This document shows, one piece after another, positions 54,462 through 64,000 of a stretch of DNA of 64,000 bases (position 1 is the stretch's first letter; every line of letters starts with the position of its first letter). The stretch is from the human T2T-CHM13v2.0 reference genome, Homo sapiens, in the NCBI RefSeq assembly GCF_009914755.1, contig NC_060930.1; one strand, 5' to 3'. Below the pieces are notes generated by a model. The model saw only the letters and a list, made by a program, of their open reading frames with translations, did not search any database and was not told where the DNA came from. Position numbers and translations under genes: made by a program.

Positions 54462-57370
54462 ACTAGATATACTCATCAGCACCAAACGTCCTAGACACCA
54501 CCAGCAGACATAAACACACACTCACATGGCTAACTGGAAGAATCACCTTGACTTTGTCATGAAAGTCACAAAAGCAATTTTGTTAATGACTCAAGACCTT
54601 CGATCAATTACAGTCAGAGGTTCAATAAATGTTTGTTGCATTGAATTGCTCAATGTTAATTGTCTGTCTCATCCTCAGGTGTTCACATGAGGGGCACTTT
54701 GCAAGCATAAAGGGGATTGACAAAGTGACATTTTTATTCATGTGCACCTAACAAGACGGAAACCAGAGGAAGCAGAATGAGAAGTGTGGTTAGGCACCAA
54801 CTTTCTTCATGTTTATCAGGGGCCGAAGAGGTGGATGGGAAAGAAAGGATCGATGCATCAGAGCACAGGATTAATGCAACGTATTAAGTGCAACCCTGTA
54901 ATCTAAGTGCAGCCCTATCTGCCTCTCCAGTAACAGCAACCACACACATTTCCTAGGAGCCAGGAACAGTAACAGCACACAAAAATTCCAACCAGGATTA
55001 AACTGGAGGTGAAGTCACTGCTGCCCCATGATGCCTCACTTCTGAGCTGTCACTGCACACCTCTTTACTGACTCCAACATGCCAATTAAAAAGCCTGGCT
55101 TGCAGCGGGACAATAGGCTAGAACGTGGGTTTCATTCTTTTCCATCTGAACAAAAGCAATGTCTTTGCTCCTCGAGCTCCAGGGACTGTGAGGCAGGGGA
55201 GCCCTTTTGAATGGTCCCTGCCACCACACACTTCCCAACTATCGACACCGGCTAGATAGGTAACAAAAGGGGAGTCAAAGGTAATGAATCAGAATTTGCA
55301 GAGTTTAGCTGCTATGGGTGTGGGAGGGCCCCCAGAGAACGGCCAACGGACCCGATCCATTTGTATCACTTGTTAACCAAAATTGTCAGTGACTTTGGAA
55401 CAATTATTGCCTTCCTGAAACCAAAACCTGCACAGCACAATAACTCTTGAGCCTCCCTTCTCTGCATTAATAATCATGTTCATGGTGCTTTACTTAGCAG
55501 GTTACAATGTTGGCTTACTCTCAGGCTCTCTGCAGTGAACAAATTAAAGAGGCTTGCTCTGTTCCATGAAAATACTCCAGCTCAGCCTATTCATTTTCCT
55601 AAATGCTTCTCCACTTCAAATTGGCATTCCAGCCATGTGGCATATATTTTTTAAAAGCCATCGTATGGGTCAATAATGTTAAACCCTTACCCATGACAAT
55701 AATTTACTCTCATCAACTGTGTACATACACAGAGAAGAAATACACACATAGTGTGTGTGCTCATACTCTGATCCCTTTGGTGTCTCTCAGCATTGTGGAC
55801 TCTCTCTTCCTATTGTGTTTCAGTCTTTTTTTTAACTGGCGGTCTCTTTCTCCTGCAAAGAGAGATTACAAATACAATCCTAGAATTGTAAATAGAACGG
55901 TGGCTGCCTTTTGTTCGGCTTCCTGTCCAAGTTGTTACAACCTTTGTCATGGTAATGAGCCATCAGAATTTCATAGCCTGAATACCCTCTCCACTCTTCC
56001 AGTTTATTGTGTGCCTAAATTTGGATGAGTTTATGGTCTCCGTCAGTGCTGCCCGTGGATAAAGACAGCTGGAAAAGTTGACCCGCTTTAAGACGACCAA
56101 AGGTTCTTCATGGAAGTAAAAGGTTTACTGGCAACACAGGAAATCCTGAGAGCACTGTCTGGAAATTTGGACGGGGTAATATTCACCTGCCAAGGTTTTC
56201 CATCAGGTCTTGAGAAAGGTCGGTGGGTTTTCTACCCTACTTAACTTTTCCCCAGTTGTGACAGAGTAGCTTTTCTCTTTCATTCAAGGGATGTGTGTTG
56301 AAAATCTGTTCTGTACTAGGCAGTGGATGCACTGAGGAGAAAAAATAGGGCAGGCCAGGAACACCGAGGCACAGCTGAATACATATTTATGCCAGTGCAA
56401 AGAAACAGAAAACTGGGTTCATCTTCATACTGAACTTCATATGACTCAGATCAAATTTCCTCAGTGAGAGCCCATTTACAATAGCCATTATGCTGATGAA
56501 CATGCCACCGGCTTCCCCAGTGAATACCCAATGAATACCCATTTCTGAACTTGCTCGATAAGAACACGGCTGAAGGTAGATTCCTACAAGGTAAATTCCT
56601 ATTACTGTCACTTAGGTTGTGGCTTTAGGTAACTGATATGTACGTGACATCACATTATCTACGCTACAGTACTTTAAAGCAAATGACAGATGTTGTAACA
56701 GTTTACAAGATGACCCATCTATATTTGATTACTGACAGGCATGAATAATTTACTTCAATATTTCATTAAAATTGTGCCCTGTTAATTAGATGGAGGGTTT
56801 TTTGTGACAAAGCACAAACTGCTGGGGTGGGTGGTCTGTGAGGTTGTAGAACATAAAAGGGCTTTTTATTCCCCCAGCAGATGGGGCCCCGCAAGGATAA
56901 AAGAGACTTGAGAGCCACTTAAATTGGCCTCAGGACCCTCAGTGTTGAAGCTAAGTGCTGGCTGTGGTTAAATTTATGTAAAGCGCCTAGCACAGTGCCC
57001 GGCACCCAGCAGCTGCCGAGAGCTATTAGGATTCTTTTTCCCCAAGTGTTGGGTGTGTGTGGTTAGAAACTTAGTGCCATTTCCAAGCAGGTGTGACTTT
57101 CAGTTAAGTGACTTCCTGAGTTTGTATGAGAAATCATTGGTGAAACCCAGAATAGAACTCAGAGTCTTTGCATTCGATTTCCAATCCCATCCCTCTTCTC
57201 ACTGGGTTGCCTGCCCTCCTTCTGCATGGGCACCTTTGCCAAGAGAGAATGAGATTCTCAAAGCAACTAAAGTCCTCTGGTAGTTTTCAAATGGCCAGTT
57301 CTGTCCTCCTCTCAAAATATACTTTGCTCTCGTATTTCCAGTTTCAAAGTAGCAAAATGCAAAGTCCTGT

Positions 57371-57492
57371 CTTCCTTCCTTCCTTCCTTCCTTCCTTCCT
57401 TCCTTCCTTCCTTCCTCTTCTTCCTTTCCTTCCTTCCTTCCTTCCTTCCTTCCTTCCTTCCTTCCTTCCTCCTTCCTTCCTTCTCTCCCTCC
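57371..57492 (+). repeat. (TTCC)n microsatellite / polypyrimidine tract
   Basis: Directly visible. Confidence 0.95.
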
Positions 57493-57772
57493 TTACATCC
57501 CTCTACAAGTATCAGGCCGTGGGGAGCGGGAAAGGAAAGAAAGAAAAGGAAAAAAGACTGTCAAGTGTTTTTTATCATGCAGATGTATGTTGGGGGCATA
57601 GAAGTGGCAGGGATTGGAGACTATAGCAGAAGGAGCCCAGGCTCATCTGCTGCTAAAAATAATAAAATTCTAACTTCAGAAAATGTTGAAATATGGCTGG
57701 CGTGGCATTGTTTTTGTTGCCTTAGGAAGATACCCTCACTTGACCAGACGATTAAGAAACCTGAAAACTGCG

Positions 57773-58656
57773 TGTTACTGAACCAAACTTTGGGTCACCC
57801 ACTCAGTGAACAGAAAAAGCCAAAAGCCAAAAACGAACACCACTGGTATTTGCAGTGAAAGAGAGGCATGTATTTCAGGGTGCCAAGCAAGGAGAACTGG
57901 GCAGCTAACACTTAGGACTCAAACTCCCAGACGGATGACAAGCAAGGGTTTTTACAATTGCAACTTCTGCTTTCCTGAAATGTACTTTGAAATGGACATT
58001 TAAAGGCATTAAATGTATAGTTGCAGTCGTAACCAAGACAAGGAAGGCATGCAGCCAATACAAGGAATTGTAAACCAAAACAAGGAAGTTACCCATTGGT
58101 TTGGCCCTTCGTAGGGGGACATCTTGAAGCAGAGGCTTACAGGTCAGAGGTGGATTCAGAGATTCTTTGATTTGCAATTGGTTAAGGAAGCAAAGCTTTG
58201 TCTAAAAACTTGGGGTTAGCAGAAAGCTATGTTTAGTTTTGGCCTGAGGGTGTGACTTTCTCCAGGCACCTCAGGAGGAAATTTAGAACAAAGAACATCA
58301 GTTAGAGTTCAGTCCTCAGTGCCCCCTTATCTGAGGTCTATGTGACGGTGGTCAACATTGTCTATCTGGTGGGGCTCCTGTTTCTGAAAAATAGCTCAAG
58401 GATACGTCAAGATAATATCTTTTAGTTTCTATAGGGAAGCAAACATCTTGTGACTCTGGCTTACTTGGTGGCTCTTGTTTAAGTTACTATTATCTTCCTG
58501 CTTAGCAGGTTATTCATTTACTTCCTTAATTGCTGGTTGTAGGGTTAGCTAGGTGCCTGGAATTTCCCTTGAAGGGACTCAAAATTTTCCCTTTGTTTTT
58601 TGCTAGGTGGGGAGGTGTAGCTTGGAAGGCTCCTGAGAGGGGTTCCTGCTGTTTCA
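57773..58656 (-). mobile_element. ERV1 solo LTR (LTR48/MER49/MER72-like group) with internal rearrangement
   Basis: tgttactgaaccaaac...ctaggtgcctggaatttcccttgaaggg...gaggggttcctgctgtttca. Confidence 0.85.
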
Positions 58657-60334
58657 TACACTTTCTCTGACCAGGCTTTCCTGAACTGGGGATAAATAGC
58701 GCATCTGCAAACACAGTGATGCCACCAGGTCAAGGTCAACACTGATATCTCAATGGCTACTAGGCCCACGTCTAACAATTCCTCATGCTTTACCCTGGCC
58801 CGTAAGCTAAAAATGTTAGGCAAAACATTGCCCATTCTCCTGCCTGTCCTCTTCCTTCTCTGGTCTGCTCCCCTCTCTGTGGAGAGGAAACTCCTGATTT
58901 GCTGAGAAGTTTCTCAAAAGCTACAGTGCAAATCACCCTAATTGTTTGCTAGATGAACAATGATCACTCTAACCTCCTAATTAACATTGTTAAAATCTGC
59001 TAACAAAGGACATTTAACAATATCTTAATTAGGAAGGATTTCCAATTTGTGATATGGAGCATGTTAGACAAACAGAGCACAATTCTCCCTTTGTTCCTGG
59101 GCTCGGTAGCCAGAGAGATTACAAGATATGACACAACATGTTCTGCGTTTGCCATTTATCATTCTATATCCTTTACACATTTGCACTACATAATTAGTAT
59201 CTTGGCTAATTTTACCTGTGTTATTGTTTGCACTGTAATTTGGAGAGAATAGAGTGGGTGATACGGGTGATTTAGATTGGGGCAGGCATCTGGTTCTCCA
59301 GTTCTCCCTCCCACTGACTGCGGCTCCCAAATGCCTGCTGGAAAATACCCCAGCTAGCAGAGAAAGCAAACTTCTTGGGGTCTCCAGTTGCAGATAATGG
59401 GGTATAAAATGAATAGCCTTTTGGGTCATTCCAAATAAATATGCAGATGACTAACCCCCATTCCTTTTCCAAGCTCTTACAGCTTATTTTAAAAGCTCCT
59501 ATTATCTATCACTTAATTATTAAAAAGTGTCTACTCTGTTTTCATAAATTATCTATGTGTTGGAGATATTGGCATATGAGAGAGTCGTGGGGAAAAGGGA
59601 GGTTCCAAAGCCAATTATCCCAGCGGAGAAGGTTTTAGAATATAATGGGATCCCTGAATTATTTTATACCAGACCTTTAAGGATGTGTGTGTGTTTGGTT
59701 AGGGTGAATGGGAGGAGGTGGTAGGGGACAGGAAGGGTTAGGATTTGTAATAATCCCTAAGTCATTATTCTCATCTATTTTTTGAGGACATTCTTATTGT
59801 TGGGCCATTTTCTATGTGTCTTAATTTCTTTATGCTGAAGACAGAATAAATCTTTGAAAGAAATTAACATTGTATGTTATTTGGAATTGCCATTTAAATA
59901 AACTACATTATCTAAACTAAATGAGAAAACGTAAGAAAAATACATTATAGCAAGCCTGGTACATAGTTAATACTAAATCAATTGTAGCTATAATAAACTG
60001 TGTTATAGAGCTATATAGAATATATGATGACAGATGCATTACACTGTCAATGGTGCTATATATAATACATAGTATATTGCATATGTAAGGATGGGAGAGG
60101 CTTTCCCTCTACCCTCCTAGGTTTGACAGCTAGGCCTAGGAAATAAATTGACGACAGACAGATTAACAGGAAGACAGGTATACACAGAAACATCACAGGA
60201 AAAAAGCGACTACCTAAAAAGACAGTGAGATTTGGGAGTTTATATGCCATCCTCATAGGGGAAGGTGTGTAGAGTGGTGGTGTGGGTGACGTTGGGGAGA
60301 GGAAATGATTTTTAGGAAGATGCATGGGCCCTTA

Positions 60335-60488
<154 letters not shown>

Positions 60489-60544
60489 AGAAGAAGAAAT
60501 GGGAGATATGATAGTCGGTGACAAAGTTCATCTGGGGGTATATC

Positions 60545-60872
60545 CTCCCCCTTTTCGTGCTGCTAAAAAACTACCACAGGTAGGGTAATTTATAGAGAAC
60601 AGAAATTTATTTCTGACAGCTGTGGACGCTGAAGAGTCTAAGTTCAAGGGCTGGCATCTGGTGTTTGGAGAGAGCCTTCTTGCTGCCTCCTCACATGGCA
60701 GAAGAGGGAAAGGCAAGAGAGTCAAACTCCTTCCATCCAGACTTTTTATAAGGGCACTAATTCACCAGGGAGGAGCCCTCATGGCCCACTCACCTCCCAA
60801 AGGCCCCACACTCTTCATACCATTGCATTGGCAACACCTGGATTTTGGCCTGGACACATTCAAACCACAGTG
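60545..60872 (-). mobile_element. MST-like MaLR solo LTR
   Basis: tgctgcta...gggtaatttatagagaacagaaatttattt...cacctcccaaaggccccac...acacattcaaaccacag. Confidence 0.8.
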
Positions 60873-61591
60873 GGGCAATGTGGACTTCTAATCTCCTCTC
60901 CTGTGATAAGAGTTAATCTTCCTTGTTGATGGAACTCACCAGGATGGTGGTGGGGAACAATTGAGTTCCTTTTGGAGGTTCTGTCTTTAGGCCGATAAGG
61001 GAAGTACAGAGAAAGTGTTTCCTTGGATTTGCTGTTTTCAAGCGCCTTCAGCTTAAAATAATCAATGTACCAAAGCAGTCTATTCTGGGGTGGCATGTCT
61101 TGTACACCTTCACATTTAATATGTAATCTAATAAGATGCTCAGAGACAATTTCTAGTCTCTGGTCTGAGCTGCTACGTGGTTTCTTCCCTGAAGACATCG
61201 GAGAGTAAGACAAAAAGGGGCAACTTCCTCCTTTCAACTTGCTGGGCACAACCACCAAGAACTGTAAAGTGAGATAGAAACCAGAAGAAAACGAAGCAAA
61301 AACCACTTTTCAATTGGAAACTGTGGTCTGACTATATCAAAAAGCTGACAATCTTGAATGGACATCTATCCCTTCTCTCCTCTCCACCCCTCAAAACGCC
61401 AGGGCATGTCAGTGTGGTCCCCTTACCCTGGAAAGGGTGGGCTGCACTGATAAGGAGGCCACAGAGGGGTTCCTGGTGGACATAAAGAAGCATGGTGAAT
61501 AGGCCTTTTTCTTTCACAACTTCTCACATCTGCTAAATGAAAGAAAATTATTCAGAGACTTGTTAAAGGCAGTAAGGAAGACTTTATTCAA

Positions 61592-62097
61592 TGTTAGGAA
61601 TAACGCTTAAAATTCTAAGGAAATTGAACACTTGAACAAAGGATTTTTAGTAAAGCAATTTTATTTTTGCGCAGAGGGGTGCCTCCTTGGCCAGTTGTCA
61701 TGAGAGCACACCTGAACAAAGAGGCACAAGAGCCTTTATTTTTGATACAATTCTTGCCCCTGTACCCTTTCCCCATTGGCCGGGGTCGGGTCATACAATC
61801 TAAACTAATTTCGGTTGGCTAAACATTTGATATTTTCTAGATAGGGTGGGCACGTAAAAGAAAGTGGAGGGGAAGGGGAAGGGGAAGGGGTGTCTGTAAT
61901 GAGCCAGAAAGTTAGTTGTTTTTTTTTTAATAAGGAAAGGAATGTGAGCTGGTACTGATAATGCTTGATACTGTGGCGTGCCTGGGCATTTAACAAAGGC
62001 AAGAAGGAAAAAAGGAGAAAAATGTAGGGGGGGATTATGAATTAAAGAATAAAAGATTGATCAGATTATTTGAAGAGAAACCTCATCATATCCCACA
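61592..62097 (-). mobile_element. LTR10-family (HERV-I group) solo LTR
   Basis: tgttaggaataacgct...attgatcagattatttgaagagaaacctcatcatatcccaca; perfect 5-bp TSD ttcaa. Confidence 0.85.
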
Positions 62098-62514
62098 TTC
62101 AAGAAGGGGACTACTGTAAAGGGGTCTTGCAGTATGGGAGAGAGACTGGGCTCAACTCTGAAAAATGGGGATTTATTTATAGCCAAGGAGCATAGGAGTG
62201 GGATGGGGAGTGGATGGAAAACATGAAGAAGAGACATCCAAGGTAGGGGGAGTTTTGCTAAACTGACCTAATAGGATTCTTGCTGAAGACAGGCCAAGGT
62301 GATCAGATATCACTGGGGGATAATGGAAGATGAGGAATTTGGTCAGCTATAGAGGGTGATCTGACATTGAGAGTGAAGAATTCTCTCTAAACTGACAAGA
62401 GTTTTGCTTTTGCTAAAACTGGGTGATGCAAGCCCAACGAGGACAGATATTGAATGTCAAGGTCTAGAGGGCTTAGAGAAGCCTGACTAAAGTTTGGTTA
62501 AGATCAGAGTCTTT

Positions 62515-62839
<325 letters not shown>

Positions 62840-63018
62840 CTATCTCTGTTACCTCTGAAGACAAACATGCAAATACCAAGTTGACCTAATGTAATACTAT
62901 TGGGCCATATGTAGGTAATCTTAACATTTTAGAGTTGGAAGAGGACTTTGAAACCACTCACTGCCTTATCTGACAAATTAAGAAACGGGGGTGGGGGTTC
63001 CTAGAGGCAAGGTGACTG

Positions 63019-63791
63019 CGAGATGGAGCAGGGACCCCTCTTAGAGGCCTCCAGAGAAATAAAGGAAAAATCTTGAGTTTTTTTCAAGGAAAATTCCAGG
63101 CACCTACCTAGCCTTGAGAAGTTAATGAACATCCTAATAAGCAAGAAGATAGTAATAATTTAAGCAATAGTGTCTCAAGCAAGTTAGAGTCACAAGGTGA
63201 TTTGTGACTCTAATGATCATATCTTAGCATATGTTATTGAGTCGCTTTTCAGATACCCAGACCCCCATCAGGTGGAAAATGCCAACTGCTGTCACATAGA
63301 GCTCAGATAATGGGGCAGTGAGGACTGACCAGTGTTTGTTGTTCTAAATTTCTTCCTGACGGGCTTCAAGAGAGTCGCACCCTCAGGCCAAACCCTTAAT
63401 TAACATTGCTTCCTACCGACCCTAAGTTTTTAGACGAAGCCTTGCTCCCTTCACCAATTGCAAATCAAAGAATCTCTGAATCCACGTATGACCTATAAGC
63501 CCTGTCTTCAAGATATCCTGCCTTTTTGGGCCAAACCAATGTTTAACCTCTACGTATTGATTTACTATTTTGCCTGTAACTTCTGCTTTCCTGAAATGTA
63601 CCCCTGCCCTTGAAAACTCTTGCTTGTAAACCACTGGGGAGTTTGGATCTAAGTGTGAGCTGCCCAATCTTCCTTGCTTGGAACTCTGCAATAAATGCCT
63701 CAGGTTCTTTTGCTGCAAACTTCAGTGTCAGTGTTTGGCTTTTTTTTTTTTTTCATGTTGGGTAAGTGGACCCAAGTTCAGTTCAGTAACA
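63019..63791 (+). mobile_element. ERV1 solo LTR (LTR48/MER49/MER72-like group)
   Basis: gagatggagcagggacccctcttag...gaaattccaggcacct...aataaatgcc...ttcagtaaca; 4-bp TSD actg/actg. Confidence 0.88.
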
Positions 63792-63805
63792 ACTGCCTAA
63801 GATCC

Positions 63806-64000
63806 TGTAACTGCCTGATGGGTTCATTTTACCCGCTGCCCAGATTAAGCTTATTTATCAGGACTGGGGAATTCTAATAGAGAAAGAGTTTAAGACAGGT
63901 AGAGCTGGCTAACTGGGAGACTGGAGTTTTATTATTACTCAAATCAACCTCCCTGAAAATTCAGAGGCTAGGGTTTTGTTTGTTTTGTTTTGGTTTGGTT
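63806..64000 (-). mobile_element. ERV1 LTR 3' end (LOR1/LTR26-like), probably continuing past the window edge
   Basis: tgtaactgcctgatgggttc...cccgctgcccagat...gggagactggagttttattattactcaaatca. Confidence 0.75.

Noticed and set aside
57168-57626. 152-aa ORF with FLPS repeats
   Set aside because: Held open by the (TTCC)n microsatellite

Overview
This is primate, very probably human, non-coding DNA (intergenic or deep intronic). It is AT-rich and CpG-depleted, with no CpG island. I can support no intact protein-coding gene, rRNA, tRNA or CRISPR array. The ORFs I can assign come from Alu, L1 ORF2, LTR or simple-repeat sequence; the rest look like chance ORFs. The window is mostly interspersed repeats: 13 Alu/FLAM copies, one 5'-truncated L1PA with a perfect TSD, old L1M/L2/MIR remnants, MaLR/ERVL LTRs, Tigger-family MITEs and a tailless U2 snRNA retro-fragment. 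The main large-scale pattern is a polarity. I recognise no class-I (ERV1) LTR in the first ~32 kb but about 18 solo ERV1 LTRs in the last ~32 kb, 10 of them MER34/MER39-group, several nested or in inverted pairs. Small-scale oddities include an 82-bp fold-back inverted duplication in an MLT1, a micro-inversion with triplication in an LTR, a tailless Alu, a TTAA-bounded hairpin and a four-run G-quadruplex motif in an LTR10. I did not find evidence for a new biological system. Repeat subfamily names come from remembered consensus sequences and need RepeatMasker/Dfam confirmation; boundaries of old elements are approximate.
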